Shown piece by piece: positions 8,704 through 17,473 of a DNA stretch of 64,000 nt. Numbering within the stretch: the first letter of the stretch is position 1; every line of letters begins with the position of its first letter. The translations under genes were made by a program, and so were the position numbers. The notes beneath the pieces were generated by a model that searched no databases, was not told the DNA's origin, and saw only the letters and a list, made by a program, of their open reading frames with translations. This DNA is from an uncultured Solirubrobacterales bacterium (GTDB lineage Bacteria > Actinomycetota > Thermoleophilia > Solirubrobacterales > 70-9): assembly GCA_963841525.1 (NCBI GenBank), contig CAWJDA010000023.1, positions 76,563 through 140,562 of the forward strand. Reading direction: 5' to 3'.

Positions 8704-10209
8704 TCATCCTGAGCTTCGTCGGGTGAGCTCCTCCTCGCTCCTCCTCTTCCTCGGCGGTCGGCCTCGCTCCTCCGCCCCGGCACTCTCGTCGAACTGGCTC
8801 TCGGCCTTCTCGACGATCGCCTTGACGGCCGCCTCATCCGCGGCGGTGGCGGACAGGGTCGCGACCTCGTCGTCGCTCAGCGGGCTCAGCACCGCCACCT
8901 GGTTTGTGCTGAAGCGGGCCAGCGCCTGGTGCTGCGGCAGGCCGCAGAACTGGGAGCCCTGCAGGGCGGCATTCGGGCAGCGGCGGCCGGTGGTCATCAC
9001 GGCCATGCAGCGGCCGTCGGCTGCCTCCTCGCCCTCGTACTCGATGTCCTCCTCCTGCTGGGCGAACTCGGTCTCCGAGGTGATGTCCACCTTCCAGCCG
9101 GTCAGGCGCGCCGCGAGACGGGCGTTCTGGCCGTCCCGCCCGATCGCCAGCGAGAGCTGGTCGTCCGGGACGATCACCGTCGCCTCCTTGGTCTCGTCGT
9201 CGACGAGCACCTCGCGCACCCGCGCCGGAGAGAGAGCCTTGGCCACGAAGCGGGCCGGCTCGTCGTTGTAAGGAATGATGTCGATCTTCTCGCCGCGCAA
9301 CTCGGATACGACCATGCGCACCCGGGAGCCACGCGGCCCAACGCAGGCGCCGACGGGATCCACGCCATCGGCGTGCGAGATCACGGCGATCTTCGAGCGC
9401 CAGCCCGGCTCCCGGGCGACACCCGTGATCTCGACCAGCTTGTCGGCGATTTCGGGGACCTCGAGCTCGAAGAGCTTCTTGATCAGTTCGGGATTGCGGC
9501 GGGAGACGACGATGCTCGGGCCCTTGGTGTCGGCCGAGACGTCGGTGATCACCGCCTTGACTCGCATACCGTGGTCGTAGCGCTCGTTGTAGACCTGTTC
9601 GGAACGCGGCAACAGAGCCTCGACCCGCTCGCGGAGTTGAACCAGCGTGTAGCGGTTGTCGGACTGCTGGATGATCCCGGTGACCAGCTCGCCGACGCGG
9701 TCCTTGTACTCCTCGAACATCATGCCCCGCTCGGCCTCGCGGATCCGCTGCAGGATCACCTGCTTCGCAGTCTGGGCAGCGATGCGGCCGAAGTCGTCCG
9801 GCGTCACGTCCCGGGTCTCGATCTGGTCCATATAGGGCTCGAGGCGCTCTGGCTCGAGCTCCTCCTCCTCGGCCTCGCGGCGCTCGCCGGTCTCGGGATC
9901 CACCGCCGGGCCGGTGGCCTGGATCTCGGGCACGGGCTCGCCGGCCGCTTCCGCGGCCTCGGCGGCCTGCAGCTGCTCCTCGAACTGCTCGTCGAGCAGG
10001 CGCTTCTCGAGGTCCTCCGGCACGAGCAGCTCGTAGACGCGGAAGTCGGCGCTCGAATGGTCGAGCTCGACCTTCGCGTACTTGGCGGCGCCCGGTGTCT
10101 TCTTGTAGGCGGAGAGCAGCGCGTCCTGAAGGGCGTCCATCAGGGTGTCAGCCGCGATCCCCTTCTCCTGTTCGAGCATCCTGACGGCGTCGACGATCTC
10201 CTGGGTCAT
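8704..10209 (-). CDS. nusA: transcription termination/antitermination factor NusA
   Basis: 501 aa with NusA N-terminal, S1 and KH regions (VTGIIQQSDNRYTLVQL, ARLTGWKVDI). An acidic tail may continue to 8464 in shifted frames. Confidence 0.95.
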   Translation of the reverse strand: MTQEIVDAVRMLEQEKGIAADTLMDALQDALLSAYKKTPGAAKYAKVELDHSSADFRVYELLVPEDLEKRLLDEQFEEQLQAAEAAEAAGEPVPEIQATGPAVDPETGERREAEEEELEPERLEPYMDQIETRDVTPDDFGRIAAQTAKQVILQRIREAERGMMFEEYKDRVGELVTGIIQQSDNRYTLVQLRERVEALLPRSEQVYNERYDHGMRVKAVITDVSADTKGPSIVVSRRNPELIKKLFELEVPEIADKLVEITGVAREPGWRSKIAVISHADGVDPVGACVGPRGSRVRMVVSELRGEKIDIIPYNDEPARFVAKALSPARVREVLVDDETKEATVIVPDDQLSLAIGRDGQNARLAARLTGWKVDITSETEFAQQEEDIEYEGEEAADGRCMAVMTTGRRCPNAALQGSQFCGLPQHQALARFSTNQVAVLSPLSDDEVATLSATAADEAAVKAIVEKAESQFDESAGAEERGRPPRKRRSEEELTRRSSG

Positions 10210-10652
10210 CTCACCCCTCCGTTCGCGTTGGGCAGCAGGTTCGAGCGCCGGACCGCGGCGAGCGGGATCTCGACCGCTCCCTCCGCCGCCTCGACACTGA
10301 CCCGCTTCTCGTCAGCATCGGCCAGACGCCCGGTGAAGGAGCGCCTTCCCTGGATCTCCTCGTTCGTCCGCACGCGAACCGTCCTGCCCAGAAAGCGCCG
10401 AAAGTGCTCCGGCTTGGTCAGCGGCCGCTCGGGCCCGGGAGACGAGACCTCCAGCGACCAATCCTCGAGCAGGTCGCGGAGGTGCCCGGTGACCCGCTCG
10501 CAGAGTGCGATGTCAACGCCGTCGGGGCTGTCGATCACGAGCCGCAGCCGCTCGGTGGCGGGCCGCTCGAGCGCGAGCAGCTCGACGTCCGGCTCCTGGT
10601 CATGAAGCCGGGTCTCAACGGTCTCTTGTATCTGTAGGAGCTCTCTGTCCAT
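10206..10652 (-). CDS. rimP: ribosome maturation factor RimP
   Basis: 148 aa, LEVSSPGPERPLTKPEHFRRFLGRTVRV. Start-stop overlap with nusA. Confidence 0.9.
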   Translation of the reverse strand: MDRELLQIQETVETRLHDQEPDVELLALERPATERLRLVIDSPDGVDIALCERVTGHLRDLLEDWSLEVSSPGPERPLTKPEHFRRFLGRTVRVRTNEEIQGRRSFTGRLADADEKRVSVEAAEGAVEIPLAAVRRSNLLPNANGGVR

Positions 10653-10682
10653 TCAGTCCGGTTCTGTCGTGTTCGCGGGCCC

Positions 10683-10710
10683 AAAAAAAGGCGGGCGCTC
10701 GCCCACCTTT
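10683..10710 (-). terminator. candidate intrinsic terminator/attenuator in the rimP-nusA-infB leader
   Basis: Minus strand reads AAAGGTGGGCGAGCGCCCGCCTTTTTTTGG, a GC-rich hairpin plus a T7 run about 30 nt upstream of the rimP start. Confidence 0.45.
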
Positions 10711-10747
10711 CGACACGCGGTTCGGTGCGAAAAAAGGTTCCTCGGCG

Positions 10748-10775
10748 AGTATAGCCCCGTGCCTGAGGCGCGCAA
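10748..10775 (-). promoter_or_regulatory. candidate sigma-70-type promoter for the rimP operon
   Basis: Minus strand has TTGCGC (10775..10770), a 16 nt spacer, then TATACT (10753..10748). Confidence 0.35.
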
Positions 10776-10819
10776 CGGCCGTTGAAACCGGGGCAATCGC
10801 GGCTCCGCGGAGTGGCGTT

Positions 10820-10858
10820 TTGGCGACTTATTGTCGCTATCCGCCACTAAGTCGCCAA
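10820..10858. repeat. 39 bp imperfect palindrome, copy 1 (solo)
   Basis: TTGGCGACTTATTGTCGCTATCCGCCACTAAGTCGCCAA. About 30 of 39 positions match the copies at 47544 and 48429. Confidence 0.7.
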
Positions 10859-10889
10859 CTGCTGCCAGGTCGCCCCGCGCCGACGCTCA

Positions 10890-10919
10890 AACCGCCGCTT
10901 TGCATGGAAAGCGGCGGTT
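10890..10919. repeat. REP-like palindrome, copy a
   Basis: AACCGCCGCTTTGCATGGAAAGCGGCGGTT, with 12 bp arms. Confidence 0.75.
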
Positions 10920-10967
10920 CGATGGGCGCTCTCGCTCGTCGCGCAGCGCTGGCAGCCGGGGATAGCC

Positions 10968-11804
10968 TTGCTCTCGCAGGCCCGGCGGAAGATACTGCGA
11001 GCGATGTCGCAGGAGAATTATCTGCTCGCCAAGCAACCCTCGGAGTTGGAGCGCCTGCGGCTGCAGTCGCGCGTGTGGGAGCCCACCGGGCGGGAACTTC
11101 TCTCGAAGCTCGGCGACGGATCCGGCCGACGCGCCCTGGACGTCGGCTGCGGAGCGATGGGCTGGCTTCGGATCCTCAGCGAGTGGGTCGGGCCCTCCGG
11201 CGCGACCGTAGGCACCGACATAGACGAGAGCCTGCTCAATGCCGCTCGTTCCTTTCTGGAGGACGAAGGAATCTCCAACGCAGAACTCGTCGTCGATGAC
11301 TTGTTCGAGAGCAAGCTGGAGCCGCGATCTTTCGACCTCGTCCATGCCCGCTACGTGATCGCTCCGCTCGGGCGCGGCAGTGAGCAGGTGGCCTCGTACC
11401 GGCGGCTGGTGAAGCCCACGGGATCATTGGTCCTGGAGGAGTGGGACCTCGGCTCGTGGCACTTCAATCCCCCTGCCCCCGCGGCCGAGCGGCTGATCCG
11501 ATTGCTGTCCGAGATCTTTGGCGCCCTAGGCGGCGAGGCGGGCCGCGGACTTCCGGAACTGCTCGGCCAGATTGGTATTGAGGAGCCAGAGATAGAAGCG
11601 CACGTCATCGCGCTCAAACCAGGCCACCCCTATCTGCGTCTGCCGCTTCAGTTCAGCGTCGCGCTCGAGTCGCGGCTGCTTGAGAGATTGAGCGAGGACG
11701 AGCTCGCCTCGCTACGCCTCGAGGCTGAGACCGAGTTGGCCGAGCCAGGCAGATGGGGCACGACCTTCACCCTGATCCAGAGTTGGGGCAGACTCGAAGG
11801 CTGA
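10968..11804 (+). CDS. class I SAM-dependent methyltransferase
   Basis: 278 aa with ALDVGCGAMGWL (motif I) and VGTDIDESLL. The start could be the later MSQENY. Confidence 0.85.
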   Translation: MLSQARRKILRAMSQENYLLAKQPSELERLRLQSRVWEPTGRELLSKLGDGSGRRALDVGCGAMGWLRILSEWVGPSGATVGTDIDESLLNAARSFLEDEGISNAELVVDDLFESKLEPRSFDLVHARYVIAPLGRGSEQVASYRRLVKPTGSLVLEEWDLGSWHFNPPAPAAERLIRLLSEIFGALGGEAGRGLPELLGQIGIEEPEIEAHVIALKPGHPYLRLPLQFSVALESRLLERLSEDELASLRLEAETELAEPGRWGTTFTLIQSWGRLEG

Positions 11805-11906
11805 GAGGTAGCGGCCCTAAGGCGGCCTGATCGAGGAGATGGCGCGGGCCTGGGTCCAACAGCCGACGATGTCGCGCATCGTAGAAGCAGCCGCTCTTGA
11901 CGAGAA

Positions 11907-11933
11907 GCGGCGCTTTGCATGGAAAAGCGGCAC
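11907..11933. repeat. REP-like palindrome, copy b
   Basis: GCGGCGCTTTGCATGGAAAAGCGGCAC. Its internal ATG is the ORF-track start of the next ORF. Confidence 0.65.
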
Positions 11934-11957
11934 TCCGTCGAGAGATACTGCGCGGCG

Positions 11958-12353
11958 ATGTCGGAGAACGTGGAACTCGTGAAGCGCTCGATCGCCGCCT
12001 ATAGCGGGCGCGACTTCGAGGCGATACGGGGAATGAGCCACCCCGATCTGCAATTGGATTGGTCCGCGTCCCGCGGGCTGGAGGCCGGCGTCTATCAAGG
12101 AGTGGAAGCAGTCATAGGCTTCTACCGGAACTTCCTCGACACATTCGAGAAGATTGCTATCGAGCCGGACCGCTTCATCGAGTCCGGTGATTCGGTCGTC
12201 GTTCCCAACACCGCTTATCTCCGTGGGCGGGATGGCATCAAAACCATCGCTAGGAGCACCTTCGTCTTCGAGGTCCGCGGCGACCGCATCACCCGCATTC
12301 GCCTTTACCAGGAAACGCAGGAAGCCCTCGAAGCCGTGGGGCTGACGGAGTAA
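11958..12353 (+). CDS. SnoaL/NTF2-like fold protein
   Basis: MSENVELVKRSIAAYSGRDFEAIRGMSHPDLQLDWSASRG...RITRIRLYQETQEALEAVGL. Start moved to MSENV, away from the ATG inside the repeat. Confidence 0.75.
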   Translation: MSENVELVKRSIAAYSGRDFEAIRGMSHPDLQLDWSASRGLEAGVYQGVEAVIGFYRNFLDTFEKIAIEPDRFIESGDSVVVPNTAYLRGRDGIKTIARSTFVFEVRGDRITRIRLYQETQEALEAVGLTE

Positions 12354-12373
12354 GCCGGGGACGGCCGGGACGA

Positions 12374-12398
12374 AAACCGCCGCTTTGGACGAAAAGCA
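12374..12398. repeat. REP-like palindrome, degenerate copy c
   Basis: AAACCGCCGCTTTGGACGAAAAGCA. Confidence 0.5.
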
Positions 12399-12462
12399 CT
12401 AACCAGAGAGCGCTGAGTCGGGTTCGGAGGAGAGATGCTCCTCGTCCGAATCGGCGGTGGGG

Positions 12463-12866
12463 CTACTCAGGCCATCCCGCGGCCTCGAGGGCGTCGGCCC
12501 GTTCACTGAACATCTCGACGCGCACCGTCCGCCCATCTCGCAGGGTGAAGATCAGATAGCGGTACTGCTCGACGCTCACCTTGCTCTCGGTGCCGATCCC
12601 CCATTCGCGGATGGCGGCGAAAACCCGGTCTTCGCCGGCATCCCGTAGATCGATGACATCGAAGTGCCAGTCCCGCCACGAATCGGCCCAGGCGCGGAGA
12701 AACTCGCCCACCTCGGCCCCTCGGTAGAGGCGCTTCTCCGGCCATCCAGCGACTCCGGCCATTCCCACTCAATGGAGGGATCGAACATGGTTTGGGCGCC
12801 GTTTGGATCGCCGCCACTCGTCGCGACGAGTCCGCGACGCACGAGCTCGACGTTCTCCTCCGACAT
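12463..12866 (-). pseudogene. SnoaL/NTF2-like paralog disrupted by a 17 nt insertion
   Basis: N-terminus MSEENVELVRRGLVATSGGDPNGAQTMFDPSIEWEWPE (frame of ORF 12576..12956). C-terminus KRLYRGAEVGEFLRAWADSWRDWHFDVIDL... (ORF 12463..12768). Removing 17 nt restores IEWEWPEKRLYRG. Confidence 0.75.
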
Positions 12867-12888
12867 CGCCCACCGGCCGGTCGTGTTG

Positions 12889-13326
12889 CTACTCGGCGAC
12901 CGTCTCGCCAGAGCCGCCCAACTCTTCGGGGAAGTCCTTGAGCTTGGGGAGGCCATCTTTCATGGGCATCACGGTCGACTCGTAATTGACGTGCACCTCG
13001 GGTGTGAACGGAAATGAAGGGATCGTCGCCACGTAGACGTCGACCAAGCCCCACTGCGGGTGGCGCGTCAGCAGATGGCCGCCGCACTCCTTGCACCACT
13101 GCCGATAGCTCCGCTCGTTCTGGTTGTACTCGCCGATTTGGTCTTCTCCCTGGGTCACCTTGACCGCCTCGGGCTTCCACAGCGTGAAAGCGTTGACCGG
13201 GCCGGCGGACCAGCTCCTACAAGCGGCGCAATGGCAGTAGCCAGCGCCCTCAGGATCGCCGCTGACTTCAATCCTCACAGCGCCGCAGTAGCACTGCCCT
13301 TCGAAAGTCTTTTCATCCGGGCTCAT
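12889..13326 (-). CDS. GFA family protein (glutathione-dependent formaldehyde-activating-like, Cys-rich Zn site)
   Basis: MSPDEKTFEGQCYCGAVRIEVSGDPEGAGYCHCAACRSWSAGP...WCKECGGHL. Confidence 0.85.
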   Translation of the reverse strand: MSPDEKTFEGQCYCGAVRIEVSGDPEGAGYCHCAACRSWSAGPVNAFTLWKPEAVKVTQGEDQIGEYNQNERSYRQWCKECGGHLLTRHPQWGLVDVYVATIPSFPFTPEVHVNYESTVMPMKDGLPKLKDFPEELGGSGETVAE

Positions 13327-13386
13327 CAGTTCTCCCTTCGCTCGAGGTCTGGTCGCGACATCACCCACGCAGTATCTCGCTCAAAG

Positions 13387-13410
13387 CACCGCTTTCCATG
13401 CAAAGCAGCG
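13387..13410. repeat. REP-like palindrome, copy d (opposite orientation)
   Basis: CACCGCTTTCCATGCAAAGCAGCG. Its core is the reverse complement of copies a and b. Confidence 0.65.
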
Positions 13411-13476
13411 TCTTTCACGGCCCCACGGAGCCGGCAAAAGCGGCACTTCGCACGGTCATTGGGATACTGGCCACGC

Positions 13477-14175
13477 ATGCCGGAAGGACTCTCGCCCCAG
13501 GAGGTCGGCAAGGAGATCAGTGAGCACGCCGGGTCCAGCCACAATGGCGAGGCTCAGAAGGGTCAGGGCAGGAGGATCTCGATCATCGAGGCTGTCCTGC
13601 TCTCGATCGTGGCGCTGATGGCCGCGTGGTCCGGCTACGCGGCCGCGAAGTGGAGCACGGAGTCGCGGGTCAAACTTGCCGAGGCCTCGACCGTGCGCTC
13701 GGAGGCCAATCGGGCCAACCTCCAGGCTCTGAGCGTGCGCAACTTCGACTCATCGACCTTCGAAGCCTGGTTCGCCGCATACACGGCGCACAACAAGCAC
13801 GCAACGCTGATCGCGGAGCGCCGCTTCCGGCCTCAGTTCCGCGTCGCCTTCGATGCTTGGCGGGCCACACATCCCGAGACCAATCCCAACGCGCCGAAGG
13901 GCCCCACCTACATGCCTCAGTACCACCAGCCGGGGCTCAGGCGGTCGGCAGAGCTTGACGATCAGGCGACCGGGGACTTCAACTCCGGCTCTGCGGCTGG
14001 GGAAACCTCCGACAAGTACGTGCGAGTGACGGTCTTCCTCGCGAGCGTCCTCTTTCTCATCGGAATCAGCACCCAGTTTCCGGTGCGCGGCGTCCGGTAC
14101 GCGCTCGTCGGATTCGGGGCTGCGCTGCTCGTTCTCTCGCTGGTGCAGCTGACCCAGATCGCGAGCCCCCCTTGA
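13477..14175 (+). CDS. membrane protein (DUF4337-like)
   Basis: Starts at MPEGLSPQEVGKEISEHAGS inside ORF 13060..14175. It has an N-proximal TM segment, a central helical region and C-terminal TM segments. Confidence 0.6.
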   Translation: MPEGLSPQEVGKEISEHAGSSHNGEAQKGQGRRISIIEAVLLSIVALMAAWSGYAAAKWSTESRVKLAEASTVRSEANRANLQALSVRNFDSSTFEAWFAAYTAHNKHATLIAERRFRPQFRVAFDAWRATHPETNPNAPKGPTYMPQYHQPGLRRSAELDDQATGDFNSGSAAGETSDKYVRVTVFLASVLFLIGISTQFPVRGVRYALVGFGAALLVLSLVQLTQIASPP

Positions 14176-14194
14176 TCGGCGTCCCGGGCTCCGA

Positions 14195-14611
14195 CTAGAT
14201 CTCCAACATGACCGTGACGGGGCCGTCGTTGACCAAAGCGACGCCCATGCAGGCGCCGAAGACACCCTTCTCGGCGCCAGCCCGCTCGCAGAAACGGTCG
14301 TAGAGCGGCTCAGCCTGCTCGCCCGGAGCCGCCTGGACGTAGCTGGGACGATTGCCTTTCTTCGTGTCGCCGTAGAGCGTGAACTGGCTGACGCAGAGGA
14401 TCTCGCGGTCGCCGAGCGGCTCGTTCATCGTGCCGTCAGCGTCGTCGAAGATGCGCAGCGCCCGCACCTTTTCGGCGAGCCGGTCGGCCTCGGCCTCGGT
14501 GTCCTCCCGCGAGACTCCGAGCAGGACGAGCAGCCCCGGGCCGATCTGCGCCACCCTCTCCCCCTCGACTTCGACTGCCGCCTGGCTGACGCGCTGGACG
14601 AGGGCCCTCAT
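14195..14611 (-). CDS. dtd: D-aminoacyl-tRNA deacylase
   Basis: 138 aa, [18 protein letters not shown]...[21 protein letters not shown]. Confidence 0.95.
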   Translation of the reverse strand: MRALVQRVSQAAVEVEGERVAQIGPGLLVLLGVSREDTEAEADRLAEKVRALRIFDDADGTMNEPLGDREILCVSQFTLYGDTKKGNRPSYVQAAPGEQAEPLYDRFCERAGAEKGVFGACMGVALVNDGPVTVMLEI

Positions 14612-15480
14612 GCCCCTCTGCCGGCCCGCTCGGCGACGATCTCGAGCACCCGCAGCGCGATCGGCGGCACCCTGCCCTCAGGGTCGCATTCCGGGTCGTA
14701 AGCGGTGAGCGAGACCGCTCGAACCGGGCGGGTCTCGAGCAGCGAGCGAACCTGGGAGGTGAGCTGCGCCGCGCGGAGGCCGTCGGGGACGCTGTAGATG
14801 TTGACGCGCGCCTCCTCGGAGTCGAGCACGTCGAGATCCAGGTGTAGATAGAGGCCGGTCGGCGGCGGATCCATGTCGTCCGCCGCCCGGGCGACCGCGT
14901 CGTCCGAGTTGACCTCCCGCGGCGGCAGGTGGTGGACCGACGAGGAGTCCAGTCGGAGCTGCTCCATCGGGTCGAAGTCGCGAGCCCCGGCGAGCACAAC
15001 GGCGGTCTCGGGAACAGTCCTGATCTCCCTGCCGTTGATCATCGTCCGCCAGGCTCCGCCGGTGAGGATCGCCAGCGGCATGCCGTCGAAGTAGCCGTCG
15101 ATGGTCGACTCAGGGGTGTTGAAGTCGCCGTGCGCGTCGAACCAGACGACCCCGGGCGATCTCTCCCCCATGCCGGTGACCACGCCGATGCCTGCGAAGC
15201 AGCTGCCCGAGAGCAGGACGGGGAAGGCTCCATCGTCGATCGCATTGCGGACGCCGTCGGCCACGAGGCCGATCAGCTCGAATGCTGCTTTGGCCTCGCT
15301 GGCGCCGCTCCGGTCTCGGCCGTCGTCCTTCAGCTCGATCATCTCGACGCTGACCTCGGCGCCATGGCTGCTCAAGGCCTTCTGTGCGCCGGCCTCGATC
15401 AACCGCTCCGGTCCGCGCCCGACTCCCATGCGCAGTGCGCCGACCTCGTAGGGAACGGCCAGAAGCCGGATCTCGGTCAT
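14608..15480 (-). CDS. arginase/agmatinase/formimidoylglutamase family hydrolase
   Basis: 290 aa with [21 protein letters not shown] and [11 protein letters not shown] motifs. Confidence 0.85.
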   Translation of the reverse strand: MTEIRLLAVPYEVGALRMGVGRGPERLIEAGAQKALSSHGAEVSVEMIELKDDGRDRSGASEAKAAFELIGLVADGVRNAIDDGAFPVLLSGSCFAGIGVVTGMGERSPGVVWFDAHGDFNTPESTIDGYFDGMPLAILTGGAWRTMINGREIRTVPETAVVLAGARDFDPMEQLRLDSSSVHHLPPREVNSDDAVARAADDMDPPPTGLYLHLDLDVLDSEEARVNIYSVPDGLRAAQLTSQVRSLLETRPVRAVSLTAYDPECDPEGRVPPIALRVLEIVAERAGRGA

Positions 15481-15490
15481 ACCGTCGCCG

Positions 15491-15859
15491 CTAGGTGCCG
15501 GCGGCCAGGCGCTCTCTATATATGCGGTAGTCCCGCCGCTCGGGCCTCAGATTCGACGCCAGCGCCAGGTGGTGTCGTGCACGCCGCGTCTCCCCGGTCT
15601 TGGTGAGGGCGCGGCCGAGACAGAAGTGCGCGTAGTCGTTGACCGGGTGGGTCTCCACCACGGCCTCGAACTCGGTCGCCGCCTCGGCGTAGTGGCGCGT
15701 CCGGAAGAGGGCGCGGCCGAGCGCCTCGCGCACCGAGCTCTTCTCCGGCGCCTGCCGCGCCGCCTCCTTGAGCGGCACCGTGGCCTCCTCGAAGTCGCCG
15801 TCCTCGAGCAGCTCCATGCCTCGCCGGTAGAGGGAGTACAGCGACTCGCTCTGGGTCAT
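15491..15859 (-). CDS. TPR-repeat protein
   Basis: 122 aa of helical TPR-like repeats (YAEAATEFEAVVETHP, FCLGRALTKTGETRRA). Confidence 0.7.
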   Translation of the reverse strand: MTQSESLYSLYRRGMELLEDGDFEEATVPLKEAARQAPEKSSVREALGRALFRTRHYAEAATEFEAVVETHPVNDYAHFCLGRALTKTGETRRARHHLALASNLRPERRDYRIYRERLAAGT

Positions 15860-15948
15860 GCACTCAGTGTAGAAGCAGCCACGGCTTCGCCATCAACGGC
15901 GTCCGCTGACACCGCCGCCGCATGAAGCGCGAGCGCCGCCGAGGATTC

Positions 15949-17211
15949 TCAGTCGTGCGGCTTCGACCTGCTCGCGGAGGATTCGGCCCGCAGCGCATCG
16001 ACCCGGTCGAGGATCGCGTCGGCCACCGTCTCCTTGGAGGCGAGCGGCACCTGATGCTCCCCGGATCGGTCCACGATCATGACCTCGTTCTCCGTGCTCT
16101 CGAAGCCGATCTCGGAGCGCGAGACGTCGTTGAGGACGATCGCGTCCGCGCCCTTGCGCTCGAGCTTCTCTCGGGCCCGTTTCAGTCCTGCGCCTGTTTC
16201 CGCTGCAAATCCGATGATCGTCTGGACACCGCGGCGCCTGGCACTGAGCGAGGCGAGGATGTCCTCGGTCTCCTCGAGGTCGAGCTCGAACCCACCGCTG
16301 CCCTCGCGGTGAATCTTCTCGCCCGCGGCCCGCTTCGGCCGGAAGTCGGCGGGCGCGGCGGCCATGACCAGGACGTCGGCTGAGTCGAACTCATGCTGAA
16401 GCGCGCTCGCCAGCTCGGCCGCAGTCTCGACATCGACCCGGCGCACGCCGGGCGGCGCCGGCAGGGAGACGTTGGCCGCGATCAGGGTGACCTCGGCGCC
16501 GCGGCGGGCGGCACGCTCGGCGAGGGCGAGCCCCATGCGCCCCGAGGAGCGATTGCCAATGAAACGGACAGGGTCGATCGGCTCACGGGTTCCGCCCGCC
16601 GAGACCAGCACGCGCAGGCCGTCCCAGGGGCCGATCGGGCCTGGCGCGACCTGCTCGATCGCGTCGAGGAGCGTCCGCGGCTCGGGCAGCCTGCCCACCC
16701 CGTGCTCCCCCCGGGAGGCGAGCGCGCCCTCCTCCGGCTCGATCACGGTGATGCCCCGCTGGCGGATCGCCGCCAGGTTGGCCTGGGTCGCGGCGTCTCG
16801 GAACATCCGGTCGTTCATCGCCGGCGCGACCAGCCGCGGCGCCTCGCAGGCCAGGAACGAGGTGGTGAGCATCGAGTCGGCGATCCCGGCGGCGAGCTTC
16901 GCGACGGTGTTTGCCGAGGCGGGCGCGATCAGGTAGGCGTCCGCGTTGGCTACCACCTCGAGGTGACCGATCGGGTCGTGCTCGGGGACGGGATCGCCCG
17001 GGAAGGCTCCGCGCGCCGGGTCGCGCTCGAACTCATCTGTGAGGACGGGCGCGCCGACGATCCCCTCGAAGGACGCGGCACCGATGAACCTCTGCGCCGT
17101 CGGCGTCATCACGACGCGGACTGCGTGCCCCTCCTTCGTGGCGAGGCGAGCCAGCTCCAGCGACTTGTAGGCGGAGATACCGCCGCTCACCCCGAGCAGG
17201 ATGCGGGCCAT
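15949..17211 (-). CDS. coaBC: bifunctional phosphopantothenoylcysteine decarboxylase / phosphopantothenate-cysteine ligase
   Basis: 420 aa, MARILLGVSGGISAYKSLELAR...PIDPVRFIGNRSSGRMG. Confidence 0.95.
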   Translation of the reverse strand: MARILLGVSGGISAYKSLELARLATKEGHAVRVVMTPTAQRFIGAASFEGIVGAPVLTDEFERDPARGAFPGDPVPEHDPIGHLEVVANADAYLIAPASANTVAKLAAGIADSMLTTSFLACEAPRLVAPAMNDRMFRDAATQANLAAIRQRGITVIEPEEGALASRGEHGVGRLPEPRTLLDAIEQVAPGPIGPWDGLRVLVSAGGTREPIDPVRFIGNRSSGRMGLALAERAARRGAEVTLIAANVSLPAPPGVRRVDVETAAELASALQHEFDSADVLVMAAAPADFRPKRAAGEKIHREGSGGFELDLEETEDILASLSARRRGVQTIIGFAAETGAGLKRAREKLERKGADAIVLNDVSRSEIGFESTENEVMIVDRSGEHQVPLASKETVADAILDRVDALRAESSASRSKPHD

Positions 17212-17229
17212 TCCAGCCCTCCTTGGAAG

Positions 17230-17466
17230 CTAGGCCTTGTACTCGTACTTGAGCTTGCCCTGGGCCGTCTCCTCCAGGGCGATGGTCAGGTAGTTCCCGC
17301 TGGGAACCTCGACCATCGGCGGTGTGTACTCGCCGTACGCTCCCTCCGAGAGGGAGTGGTAATAGGCGTTGATCTGGCGGGCCCGCTTCGCCGCGACCAG
17401 CACGGCGGCGTAGTGGGTGTCTGTGTGCTCGAGAAGCTTGTCGACTCTGGGTCGGATGATTGACAT
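17230..17466 (-). CDS. rpoZ: DNA-directed RNA polymerase subunit omega
   Basis: MSIIRPRVDKLLEHTDTHYAAVLVAAKRARQIN. ATG 17466 lies 8 nt after the gmk stop. Confidence 0.9.
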   Translation of the reverse strand: MSIIRPRVDKLLEHTDTHYAAVLVAAKRARQINAYYHSLSEGAYGEYTPPMVEVPSGNYLTIALEETAQGKLKYEYKA

Positions 17467-17473
17467 GGGCTGA

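Noticed and set aside
10653-10847. 64 aa ORF in the rimP upstream region
   Set aside because: It spans the candidate promoter, the leader hairpin and the T-run. Its composition is not protein-like. It is better explained as regulatory DNA.
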